Numbered from the stretch's first letter, positions 1 through 8,219 are shown. The stretch: DNA of 23,378 nucleotides from Candidatus Heimdallarchaeota archaeon (GCA_019057375.1 DXJF01000121.1:1-23378), one strand, 5' to 3'. Numbers and translations are program-made. The notes: generated by a model from the letters alone, not told the origin.

Positions 1-113
1 AACATGTCAAGAGTTTTTTCAGAATCTTCTCCCTCTTTGATTTTTACCTTAAATTCATCCCATTTGTCAGCTATCAAAGTTCCACAAGTAAAACATCTTA
101 CTGGAATAATCAT
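1..113 (-). CDS. rpo10: DNA-directed RNA polymerase subunit N/Rpo10, runs off the left edge of the window (not in the ORF track)
   Basis: Manual translation from ATG at 113: [37 protein letters not shown]..., the characteristic RpoN/RPB10 N-terminus ([11 protein letters not shown]); AGGAGTGA SD at 130-123. Confidence 0.95.
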   Translation of the reverse strand, partial: MIIPVRCFTCGTLIADKWDEFKVKIKEGEDSEKTLDM

Positions 114-122
114 TTCAGTCAA

Positions 123-130
123 TCACTCCT
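123..130 (-). promoter_or_regulatory. Shine-Dalgarno site of rpo10
   Basis: AGGAGTGA on the minus strand, 9 nt before the ATG at 113. Confidence 0.6.
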
Positions 131-168
131 TCAATATCACGCATTTAACTATTATGTTATGTGATAAA

Positions 169-1341
169 TTAGAACCCCCAATCTCTCGCTATTTTGAAAC
201 CTTTATAGATTTGAAACAATCCTTTTGGGTGTCTTAGAAGTCCAGGTTCCATTAATAAATTGGAAAGAACCTTGATTTTTTCCCTTCCTGAGATTCTATT
301 GATATATTGGTTATTCAAGATTTTTCCTAGCTTGGAGAGGAATTTATTGGAACGACTGTAAAAAAAGTTATGGCATTTAAGATTGATTTCATCCATAAAT
401 TTGAAATTCAAAATTTCTGATTGATAATTTGATAAGGAATAAGATTGGTTTTCCTCTTTACTGGTTAGAAATTTAGCACCTATTCTCCCTGCAATTTCTC
501 CACTTGTCATTCCCATTCTAATTCCGCCATAGAAAATGGGGTTAACCATTCCAGCAGTGTCTCCTACAACCAACACATTATCACGATAGAGATTAGGTAT
601 TGGACCTTTCATTGGAATTAGACCACCCATCTTTTTCAAAATTTTACCGGAAATATTATTTTGTTTCAAGAAATTATCCAATCTCTTTTTTCTCTCCTTT
701 GCTGTAGTAACAATCCCAATATTTGTTTCGTTTTTTCTTGGAAATATCCAGATATATCCATAAGGATATTTTTCTGAATCGAAATGAAATTCTAACTCTT
801 CCCCCCATTCACCTTCTACTTTGTACTCAAAACCATGAATCAGAGGAGAGGGAGGTGCAAAACTCAAACTTTGAGCAAGTTTAGCTCTTGCTCCCTCTGC
901 TAGAATAACTAAATTACTTTGAATTCGCTTTGTTTCTTCTCCTTTTGAGTTTAGTATTACTCCCTCTGAATTCTGTTGAATGGAATGAACTTTAGTCGCT
1001 GTAATTATTTCTGCTCCAAGATTTATAGCTTTCTTCGCTAAGTATTGATCAAATTTATCTCTTCGAATCATGTATGCTTGAATATCTCCATAAGTAACTC
1101 TACTCTCTGGAAAAACCAATTTACATTTTTTATGGAGACCTACCCATAACTTACTTTCTTCAATAGGTATTGAAAAATCATCAAAGGCATGGATACTTAA
1201 ACCTTCCCCACACTGAATGGGTTGGCCGATAGAGGGGTGCTCTTCAAAAACAGTAGGAGTCATTCCTGCTCTAGACAAAGAAATGGCTGCTTGTAAACCT
1301 GCAGGACCACCGCCTACAATAGCTGCTCTAATATTCTCCAT
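169..1341 (-). CDS. Geranylgeranyl reductase family FAD-dependent oxidoreductase (DGGGPL reductase-like)
   Basis: N-terminal GGGPAG Rossmann motif, CGEG, RRDKFDQYLA, YIWIFP and GDTAGMVNPIFYGGI motifs typical of archaeal GGR-family enzymes; 390 aa. Confidence 0.85.
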   Translation of the reverse strand: MENIRAAIVGGGPAGLQAAISLSRAGMTPTVFEEHPSIGQPIQCGEGLSIHAFDDFSIPIEESKLWVGLHKKCKLVFPESRVTYGDIQAYMIRRDKFDQYLAKKAINLGAEIITATKVHSIQQNSEGVILNSKGEETKRIQSNLVILAEGARAKLAQSLSFAPPSPLIHGFEYKVEGEWGEELEFHFDSEKYPYGYIWIFPRKNETNIGIVTTAKERKKRLDNFLKQNNISGKILKKMGGLIPMKGPIPNLYRDNVLVVGDTAGMVNPIFYGGIRMGMTSGEIAGRIGAKFLTSKEENQSYSLSNYQSEILNFKFMDEINLKCHNFFYSRSNKFLSKLGKILNNQYINRISGREKIKVLSNLLMEPGLLRHPKGLFQIYKGFKIARDWGF

Positions 1342-1461
1342 AAAAGTATAAAGTAGTGGTACTTCAAAAGTTTAGTGCGTCAAGTCAAAGAGGTTATAGA
1401 GAAAATCTTTTAGATGAACTACCTTTATCAACTACAGTTCTAGAAACCATATAAAGTTGAT

Positions 1462-2748
1462 GTGAAAGATATGGATCCCATGAGAGAGTTATTAGCAGAT
1501 TGGACACAAGATGTCCCTGAAAGCGAAATAAGACGATTGTTAAAAAACAAAACAAAATATTATCTTGCCGGAGGTTTACCTGGAAATCTACCAACAAAAG
1601 TATTTCCACAGATCTTACGAGAACTAGCGGAATATTATGATACTGACGAACAAAGAGTGATAAATGAATTTCAATATGGTCAGACAGCTGGTTGGCCTGG
1701 GCTTAGAAAAGTTCTTGCCGAAAGACTAGTGAAAAAAGATAAATTGAATTGTATAAGTGGAGAAGAAGATTGGGAGAAGGTTCTAATCTCTACAGGCTCC
1801 CAACAAGCGATTTATTTAGCTTTAGATATTCTAATCAATCCAGGAGATATTGTAGTAACTCCATCACCAGCGTATCTAGGGTTTGTCACAACTGTTGTAA
1901 AAGTTGGAGGTCATGTGGTTACAGCTCCAACAGACAATGAAGGATTAATTCCCGAATATGTTGAAGATACAATCATAAAAGCTGAAAAAAAATTTGGAAG
2001 AAAAGTAAAAATCCTCTATGTGGTTGAAGATAGTGACAATCCAAAAGGGACAACTCTTCCAATAAAAAGAAGAGAACAGTTGTTTGACATTGCCGAAAGA
2101 CATGATGTTATCGTTATTTGTGATGCAGCTTACAAAGAGATGCAATTTGAAGAAAAAAAGCCAACCATGAAAACTCTTGATAAAGATAATGAGCGTGTAA
2201 TATACACTTCAACTTCTTCAAAAGAAGCAGCCCCAATTAGAATCGGGTATACTATTATGCCAGATTATTTATTCACAGAAGCTGAGAAATCAAAGGGATA
2301 TTTAGATCTCTGTACTCCAACTCTTACACAAAGGGTTGCTGAAATCTATTATGATAAATATATAGACAACGAACTACCAAAAATTATTCAGAAGTACAAG
2401 GAACAGAAAGATGCGGCATATAATGGACTCCTGGAAACTTTTCCAGAAGGTGATTTCACTAATCCATCAGGAGGATTCTTTATCTGGTATCAACCTAAAG
2501 GAGAAAAGGCTTATACATTTGATGTAAGGAAGTTTAACCAAGAAATTTTAATGCCCAACGAAGTTCTGGTGGTTCCAGGAGCAGCGTTTTATCCACCTAG
2601 CGGACATTCATATGACCCTGAAGCTAGAGAGATTGAACCACTTAAAGTGATCACTGGTGGAATGAGAATAGGGTATTCATTTGTGTCAAAAGAGATGATT
2701 GATGTAGGTGTCCGTAAACTCGGTAATTTACTCAAAGAGAATCTATGA
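1462..2748 (+). CDS. PLP-dependent class I/II aminotransferase (2-aminoadipate/aromatic aminotransferase-like)
   Basis: YLAGGLP, GSQQAI, DNPKG, DAAY and STSSKEAAPIRIG (PLP lysine) motifs; true start may be the ATG at 1471 or 1480. Confidence 0.9.
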   Translation: MKDMDPMRELLADWTQDVPESEIRRLLKNKTKYYLAGGLPGNLPTKVFPQILRELAEYYDTDEQRVINEFQYGQTAGWPGLRKVLAERLVKKDKLNCISGEEDWEKVLISTGSQQAIYLALDILINPGDIVVTPSPAYLGFVTTVVKVGGHVVTAPTDNEGLIPEYVEDTIIKAEKKFGRKVKILYVVEDSDNPKGTTLPIKRREQLFDIAERHDVIVICDAAYKEMQFEEKKPTMKTLDKDNERVIYTSTSSKEAAPIRIGYTIMPDYLFTEAEKSKGYLDLCTPTLTQRVAEIYYDKYIDNELPKIIQKYKEQKDAAYNGLLETFPEGDFTNPSGGFFIWYQPKGEKAYTFDVRKFNQEILMPNEVLVVPGAAFYPPSGHSYDPEAREIEPLKVITGGMRIGYSFVSKEMIDVGVRKLGNLLKENL

Positions 2749-2963
2749 TCAAAACCATCTTTTTCTTCAATTTTTATAGACAAATAACTGCCTTTTTCCA
2801 TATGCTTTTAAAGCCATGAAATACGCCCAAAATTAGCTCCATTGCAATTTAAGGACAAAATAGCCTGTAAACGGTGAAAACCGCAGTTTTAAGACTTAAA
2901 AAAAACTTTTTTAACGAATTCTTCAATTAGAACGTGTGTAATACCGTAATTTTTCGACATAAC

Positions 2964-2980
2964 CGAAAAGGTTTTTAATA
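2964..2980 (+). promoter_or_regulatory. Putative BRE/TATA promoter of the histone gene
   Basis: Purine-rich CGAAAAGG followed by TTTTTAATA, about 70 nt upstream of the ATG at 3047. Confidence 0.45.
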
Positions 2981-3046
2981 AGAGTACGGAAGTTATTACC
3001 GTGCTTGCCCCCGTGGCAAGTCAAAACCGACAGAAGTGCAAGTAAA

Positions 3047-3217
3047 ATGATGATCGTACAATCTAAAGTCAGAGATTACGTCAAGGAACTTGGAGATTAT
3101 AAAGTCGGCGGTGACCTTCTAAAAGCTTTAGACGAAAAAGTTGCTAAACTCGTTAAATTAGCAGCTGGCAGAGCCAAAGCAAACGGAAGAAAAACTGTTT
3201 CCGCAAGAGACCTTTAA
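3047..3217 (+). CDS. Short histone-fold protein with truncated alpha3 helix (face-to-face / bacterial-dimer type), 56 aa
   Basis: MMIVQSKVRDYVKELGDYKVGGDLLKALDEKVAKLVKLAAGRAKANGRKTVSARDL: the IVxSKV start and RAKAxGRKTVxARDL end match alpha3-truncated prokaryotic histones. ATG at 3047 preferred over the TTG at 3005. Confidence 0.85.
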   Translation: MMIVQSKVRDYVKELGDYKVGGDLLKALDEKVAKLVKLAAGRAKANGRKTVSARDL

Positions 3218-3259
3218 ATAGCCAGAGACCTCTAAATTTGAAAATATTCATTCAAATTC

Positions 3260-3287
3260 TTTTATTTTTTTTTTGTTTTTTCTTTTC
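3260..3287 (+). terminator. Oligo-T terminator after the histone gene
   Basis: Near-continuous T tract about 40 nt after the stop codon; archaeal terminators are oligo-U. Confidence 0.55.
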
Positions 3288-3293
3288 TAAAAT

Positions 3294-3848
3294 CTAAAAT
3301 GTAAAATTGTCTTCAGGTGTAAGATCTTCATCCAGTGAAATTGAGAGTTCAGCTTGTGGTGATAGAGACAAATAGGTCCATTTTCCAAGAATTTCTACTA
3401 CTATGTAATGACGTGGGTTATCTAGCATTACCTTTCCAACATTAACTTCGGAAGCTACAGCTGTTATTATTTCATTGCGAGAGAGCTGTGAATGTCTTCT
3501 ACGAAGAGTGACTCTCCAAGAGTCATCATCCTTAATCTTAAGGGTGATTTTTTTTGTTACTTCCCTCATGTCTTCCAAGGTAGTAGCAACTCGATATTGA
3601 GTAGGAACAAGTTTGAGTGTATATTGTAAAACAGTTCTATCCTTTTCAAGCTCTTCTTCAATTCTTTGAAGAGTCTTGATAGGATCCTCTTCAAATCTTG
3701 CTATAAACAAACCAGAAATAGCAGAATCAGGTGAAATATCTACATTCTGATAACCCAGTAATTCTGTAAGCAGATAATAGAGTTCGCTAGAAGCATTTCT
3801 CTCTTGAGTTCTTGCACAGGATCCAATTAAGCCGAGAAATTCAGTCAT
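3294..3848 (-). CDS. THUMP domain RNA-binding protein (Tan1-like tRNA-modification adaptor)
   Basis: SGL, KLVP, SWRVTLRRRHSQLSRNEIITAVA and VMLDNPRHYIVVEILG match the THUMP pattern (F.V...RR...V.L.NPD..I.VEI.G). Confidence 0.85.
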   Translation of the reverse strand: MTEFLGLIGSCARTQERNASSELYYLLTELLGYQNVDISPDSAISGLFIARFEEDPIKTLQRIEEELEKDRTVLQYTLKLVPTQYRVATTLEDMREVTKKITLKIKDDDSWRVTLRRRHSQLSRNEIITAVASEVNVGKVMLDNPRHYIVVEILGKWTYLSLSPQAELSISLDEDLTPEDNFTF

Positions 3849-3878
3849 AGAGTGAAATAAATCTGAAATAAATTAAAC

Positions 3879-4730
3879 TTACTCATTAGTGGGTAGATCT
3901 GGATTTTCAGCTGATTGAGAGGAGGAACTACTTCTTATAATCCGTTTAGCTAGTAAAACCAAGACCGACATTCCGAAGAGTAAATACAACCCACCATCAA
4001 AAAGCAAGAATGCAGTAAAGCCGTAAACAAAGGTAACAATCCCTTTAGTTGTAGTTAGACCTGTTAATAAATAGGGAATACGAACTATTAATGTAGCCCC
4101 TAAAATGTAGAGAAATGGAGCCATGGTAATTGAAATCAGTTTAGTTTTCAAGGTGACATTACGACTCCAATCAGGAATTTCTGGATTGAACCCTTTTGGT
4201 TTTTTCTTCTCAAATTTAGAGAGTAGAAGGGGAAAGGTATTAGAAATTCGCTTGCCTTGATCTTGCCTAATGGTTGTAAGATGGATTCCAACCTCTTCGA
4301 ATTTGTCTATAAGCTCATAGGCTTCATCAAAATTTACTCGAATGTCCAACAATCTCAATCTATGTGTTCTGATTCTAACAAGGTAATCCCCGTAATACGC
4401 GAGGAAATAAACGCCCCTTAATTCATCAAAATTCCAAGACTTACTTTTCGTGAATTCATGGAAGATTACTTTTTTTGAAGAAAAGTCTATAGATACTTGA
4501 CCTTTGACAAAGATATAAACTAAAACAATCATAATGGCATTAAGTATTCCAAAATAAAACCAGAGTGACAAACCAAACAAATCTCCAATGAGTACATCAT
4601 TTCTGTATGGTACATAGTAAGCAAGAACATCTATTATCAGTAGTAAGAAGATAGTAGAAATTCTTGGTCGAACCTTATGTACATAGCGAGATTCATCTGA
4701 CTCAGTAAGCATGCAAATAGAAGCCCTCAT
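3879..4730 (-). CDS. Hypothetical integral membrane protein (two TM pairs around a beta-rich soluble region)
   Basis: 283-aa ORF with hydrophobic segments near aa 24-75 and 195-260. Confidence 0.7.
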   Translation of the reverse strand: MRASICMLTESDESRYVHKVRPRISTIFLLLIIDVLAYYVPYRNDVLIGDLFGLSLWFYFGILNAIMIVLVYIFVKGQVSIDFSSKKVIFHEFTKSKSWNFDELRGVYFLAYYGDYLVRIRTHRLRLLDIRVNFDEAYELIDKFEEVGIHLTTIRQDQGKRISNTFPLLLSKFEKKKPKGFNPEIPDWSRNVTLKTKLISITMAPFLYILGATLIVRIPYLLTGLTTTKGIVTFVYGFTAFLLFDGGLYLLFGMSVLVLLAKRIIRSSSSSQSAENPDLPTNE

Positions 4731-4849
4731 GGAAAGTTATGAACTTTTCCGTAAAACGATTAACAAAATAATCCTTTCTTTACCCTAACTAGCTTTAGTT
4801 GTAAAAACAAAGATTTAAAAGAAGAGGAGGAAAAGAAAGCCATAAGAAA

Positions 4850-4958
4850 AGCGCCGTGGGGTAGCGTGGAAAACCCGTCGGGCTCATAAGTTCAAAATTT
4901 GTGAATTTTAAACTGAAAAACCCGAAGATCAATGGTTCAAGTCCATTCGGCGCTACCA
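4850..4958 (+). tRNA. Initiator tRNA-Met(CAU) with encoded CCA and a 31-nt intron
   Basis: Acceptor stem AGCGCCG/CGGCGCT (A1-U72), anticodon stem CGGG/CCCG with three consecutive G-C pairs, CAT at 4885-4887, T-arm AATGG-TTCAAGT-CCATT, ends ACCA. Confidence 0.95.
4889..4919 (+). other. tRNA intron at canonical 37/38 position with bulge-helix-bulge motif
   Basis: Removing 4889-4919 restores the CT-CAT-AA loop. CTCA(4883-86) pairs with TGAA(4914-17) with one C.A mismatch, flanked by 3-nt bulges; the intron forms a GTTcAAAATT/AATTTTaAAC hairpin. Confidence 0.85.
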
Positions 4959-4969
4959 TCTTCATTTTT
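4928..4969 (+). repeat. 42-bp direct repeat, copy 1 (tRNA 3' half plus 11 nt; att-like)
   Basis: ATCAATGGTTCAAGTCCATTCGGCGCTACCATCTTCATTTTT, identical to 5410-5451. Confidence 0.95.
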
Positions 4970-5009
4970 TCCCAAAAATTAATATCTGTTCCTTCAATAT
5001 TGTACTTCT

Positions 5010-5405
5010 ATGATAAAAAGTTCTCGAATGATTAAGAGCTTTAACGTTTTCACACTTGTAGTCCTTCTTAGTTGTGGTATAGTTTTTCTTGCTATTCAAT
5101 ACCCTAAATGGTATCCAGAACTAACTGAAATCTCTTACCAGCCCGTTACAGATTTATATGAAGATTGGGAACTTAATGCAACTACTACTAATTTTTATCC
5201 TGCTAGCTGGGAATTAGCAGAGCCTAAAGTGATTTTTGATGAGAAAGCTTTCAGATTATTAATCGTTATAAGAGCAAGATATAAAGGATATACACTTATA
5301 CCAGCATTCTGGCAGCTGATGACTACTATCAATCTCGTTTTTCCACTGATAGGGAATTGGACTGTTTATTGTAATGATCAAATGTTCATTGTTCAGGTAA
5401 TATGA
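5010..5405 (+). CDS. Hypothetical N-terminally anchored or secreted beta-rich protein carried between the att-like repeats
   Basis: 131 aa; hydrophobic segment at about aa 12-29, then alternating beta-strand patterns ending GNWTVYCND; fills almost the entire inter-repeat interval. Confidence 0.65.
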   Translation: MIKSSRMIKSFNVFTLVVLLSCGIVFLAIQYPKWYPELTEISYQPVTDLYEDWELNATTTNFYPASWELAEPKVIFDEKAFRLLIVIRARYKGYTLIPAFWQLMTTINLVFPLIGNWTVYCNDQMFIVQVI

Positions 5406-5409
5406 TAGA

Positions 5410-5451
5410 ATCAATGGTTCAAGTCCATTCGGCGCTACCATCTTCATTTTT
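5410..5451 (+). repeat. 42-bp direct repeat, copy 2 (orphan tRNA 3' fragment)
   Basis: Identical to 4928-4969; no tRNA 5' half upstream. Confidence 0.95.
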
Positions 5452-5478
5452 ACTGAAACACTATCTTTCAAAGCTAGT

Positions 5479-6696
5479 TTATTTATCCAGTTCTTCTAGG
5501 ATTTTTATCGTAAGTCCAAATGCTTGCTGTAACAGCTGTTCATCCAAATTCTCTACTACATCTTCTGTTGAATGCCAGAGATCAAAGACATCATTTTTAC
5601 CAAATGCGAATATTGTTGTTGCTGAAATGTTCTTTTTAGAGAAACTACCAGCATCTGTATTTCCAAAATGGATTTGTTTCGCGGGCAAATCAAAACCATA
5701 CTTTTCCGCTAGATCGTGAAGATAGATAACCAATTCATTGTCATGAACCACATTATTATCTTTCTCCTTAGCTATTACACCTAATTTTCCACTTCCTAAT
5801 GTTTCATAATTTATGTTTATGGCATCCTTTAACTCATCAATTCGTTTATCTACATAATATTTGCTTCCCACCAGACCAGGTTCTTCTGCTCCAAATGAAA
5901 TTAATCTTATTTCTATATTCTTTGGAGGATTCTCCTTCAGATGTTTTCCTAGAGCAAACAACATAACTACCGAGGTCAAATTATCATTTGCGCCCATAAC
6001 TGGTGTATTTGTAACCATATTTGCCATAAAATAAAAGCCAAACCCTAGACCAATTAACGCTAATAAAAAGATTAAATCAGGTAGGAGTAACCAATCTATG
6101 ACTAAAGATCCTATTGAATATGAGAATACTTTGAATATCCCAACTACAGGTGCAAGAAAGAATATTGATTTCCAAATAGCTGCAATAACTAACAAAGCTA
6201 TTCCAGCTATTGCACTATTTTGAATGAATGTGATTTGAGAAATCCTTTTTTCAAATAGAGGCATGTGAAAAGCTGAATCATGATGTCCTGAGAAAATAAC
6301 AATCTTCTTTTTCTCGTTTACAGGTTCAAACCTAGCAATAATGTTGCTAGAACTGGATTTCTTAGTTAAAAGATTTACAAGATTCTTATCCTTGAACCTT
6401 GCTAAATAGTAAATAATTAACATCACAACCGCTAGAACTAGAGCTAGAAATGGAATGAAGAAATATGCTACTACAGAAATAAAATATCCCCATACAAGGA
6501 AGAGAATAAGATTCTGTAAAGCTCTTCCAACCACGGGAAATGTCTCAACTTCAACATTAGAGGAAAGAGCGCGGAATTTTTCTTCTATATACTTGCATGT
6601 TTTATGATCTGCTTCTGTACCCGTAATTCGTACTCCAAAAGTATCTGTAATAAACTTAATTGAATCAAGAAATGAATCCATAAGGGTTTGAGACAA
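5479..6696 (-). CDS. Membrane-embedded M28/M20-family zinc peptidase
   Basis: Metal-ligand motifs GHHDS, GANDN, GAEEPGLVGS, NYETLG and WHSTED, with several TM helices inserted. Confidence 0.9.
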   Translation of the reverse strand: MSQTLMDSFLDSIKFITDTFGVRITGTEADHKTCKYIEEKFRALSSNVEVETFPVVGRALQNLILFLVWGYFISVVAYFFIPFLALVLAVVMLIIYYLARFKDKNLVNLLTKKSSSSNIIARFEPVNEKKKIVIFSGHHDSAFHMPLFEKRISQITFIQNSAIAGIALLVIAAIWKSIFFLAPVVGIFKVFSYSIGSLVIDWLLLPDLIFLLALIGLGFGFYFMANMVTNTPVMGANDNLTSVVMLFALGKHLKENPPKNIEIRLISFGAEEPGLVGSKYYVDKRIDELKDAININYETLGSGKLGVIAKEKDNNVVHDNELVIYLHDLAEKYGFDLPAKQIHFGNTDAGSFSKKNISATTIFAFGKNDVFDLWHSTEDVVENLDEQLLQQAFGLTIKILEELDK

Positions 6697-6744
6697 ATAA
6701 GTTTTATTTAAGTCTTAACAACTTTCTCCCCCAAAATGAAGAAA

Positions 6745-6930
6745 TTATCTTCCACTCTTAGCTTTAACAAAGGGGGATTTTTCTTTGGTTTCTAGTTTGA
6801 TGCCAACTTCATGCTTTATTTCATTTAACTTCCATAAAACAAAGTCGATAGTTTCTTGATTAAGTATAACATCCTTATTGGAATGATGTTTAAGATGACG
6901 TACTAAATCTTCACGCTTTATCTCTTCCAT
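6745..6930 (-). CDS. Small hypothetical protein, 61 aa (possible degenerate histone-fold)
   Basis: ATG preceded by AGGCGA (SD-like); amphipathic helix-loop-helix pattern; codirectional with the M28 gene. Confidence 0.55.
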   Translation of the reverse strand: MEEIKREDLVRHLKHHSNKDVILNQETIDFVLWKLNEIKHEVGIKLETKEKSPFVKAKSGR

Positions 6931-7088
6931 TGAAATCGCCTTTTCTCAATATTATATATTGAATTTGCATTATAAACTCAAGAATTTTCTTTATTAATTG
7001 TATGTAATATTAATGCAATACTAGAAAATTGTCAAAAAAGATTAAATCTACTTTGAGAATTGGTTTATTTATAGATGTAAGGGAAAAT

Positions 7089-7157
7089 GGCGTGGAAGGA
7101 ATCATCTTAGTTTTCAGCAAGATTAAGACGGACTAATTTTAATTTCCTTCCTACACC
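7089..7157 (-). ncRNA. Candidate structured small RNA or 5' leader
   Basis: Minus strand GGTGT-A-GGAAGGAA pairs with TTCCTTCC-ACGCC (13 bp, one G.U, one bulge), inner TTAGT/ACTAA stem; begins about 33 nt after a TATATAAG box. Confidence 0.3.
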
Positions 7158-7171
7158 TTATTTTTGTACGC

Positions 7172-7202
7172 TCATTCAAACACTTATATATTGTTTCAAT
7201 GA
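7172..7202. promoter_or_regulatory. Imperfect palindrome (10/11) bracketing a TATA box; candidate operator
   Basis: TCATTCAAACA-cttatatat-TGTTTCAATGA; the spacer reads ATATATAAG on the minus strand. Confidence 0.5.
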
Positions 7203-7295
7203 TTAGAATGATTGATACAAAAGCTGTTTTTTATCTGCAAATACCGTCTTAATGCATTTTCACTTGATTTGTGTGAAAAAAACGACTGATTTTTT

Positions 7296-7936
7296 TCAAT
7301 CTATAATTAATTGGAAAATTTGCTTTTTGAGTTGTTCTTTTACAAAATTCTTAAACTCAGTTTTTGAACCAAAGTTAGAAACGCTATAATTTGGATCAAA
7401 TAAGATTGTATTTGTCAATAGTACCGTTCCATGAATTACAGACCAAAGATATAATGATAGTTTGCTTGAATCGATATCTTTAGACAAACCTTGAGAGAGA
7501 GTTGATTCAATCCAATTTAAGAGTTTCAATGTCTTTTGGGGAATAAATTTCTCATCTTCTGAAGGTTGACCCTCAGCTGGTGGTGGTGGGAGTACAAACA
7601 TTAGTTTATATCTTCTATAATTTGATTCCGCGAAATCAAAATAAAAATCAGTAAGTTTTTCCAATAAGTCAACAGATGTTCCTTTATGATTCAAAACAAT
7701 TGGTTGAATTTGATTTCTCAATTCAGTAAAATCTTGTCTCATAATTTCAAACCAGAGCGTTCTCTTACTAGAGTAGTAGTTATAGAGATTACTTTGGGAC
7801 ATATCAAGTCGTTTAGCTAATGCTCTCATACTAAATCCCGTAGTCCCAACTTCATAGAATAATTCTCTAGCTTCTGTGATAATTCTCTGAATTTGTTTAT
7901 CTTTTGCCTCTGGTGATCTAGCTCTACTCTTACCAT
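7296..7936 (-). CDS. TetR/AcrR-family transcriptional regulator; the 5' end needs a frameshift or a non-canonical start
   Basis: The frame stays open upstream of the track's ATG (7829) and encodes GKSRARSPEAKDKQIQRIITEARELFYEVGTTGFS before MRALAKRLDMSQSNLYNYYSSKRTLW (TetR HTH). The only nearby ATG (7936) is 1 nt out of frame. The C-terminal LWSVIHG is typical of TetR_C. Confidence 0.85.
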
Positions 7937-8219
7937 TAACCCTAGGGGCTTTCTATAGTAAATAAACTTTATTAGAAAATGTAGTTCAGTTAAGGAAAAC
8001 ACACTTCTGCTTTAGAAGTAATATCTTCCTTACAAGAAGGCATCTTTTTGGATATATCTCCTTTTTAGAAGATTAACTTTATATTGGTTTTTGAATGGAA
8101 ACAATTTCTTATTCAAGATGTTTAAAAATTTGCATTCAATCACCCCTAGTTTCAGGAATTAGTGTTTAAGACAATTTGATGAGAAGTTTTTTTTGAAAGT
8201 ATGGATAATAATCGTCGGA

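Larger units (their letters stand above)
4928..5451. mobile_element. Minimal tRNA-iMet-integrated element or remnant (482-bp unit, one gene, no integrase)
   Basis: Perfect 42-bp duplication of the tRNA T-arm, acceptor strand and CCA flanking a single ORF, the classic attL/attR signature. Confidence 0.7.

Noticed and set aside
4-237. 77-aa plus-strand ORF
   Set aside because: Antisense to rpo10 and the end of the GGR gene.
5402-5719. 105-aa plus-strand ORF
   Set aside because: It begins inside the duplicated tRNA fragment and is otherwise antisense to the M28 peptidase; a shadow ORF.
7089-7157. SECIS element or C/D-box sRNA
   Set aside because: No AUGA/GA quartet in the correct arrangement, no clear RUGAUGA...CUGA order, and no adjacent UGA-containing selenoprotein candidate.
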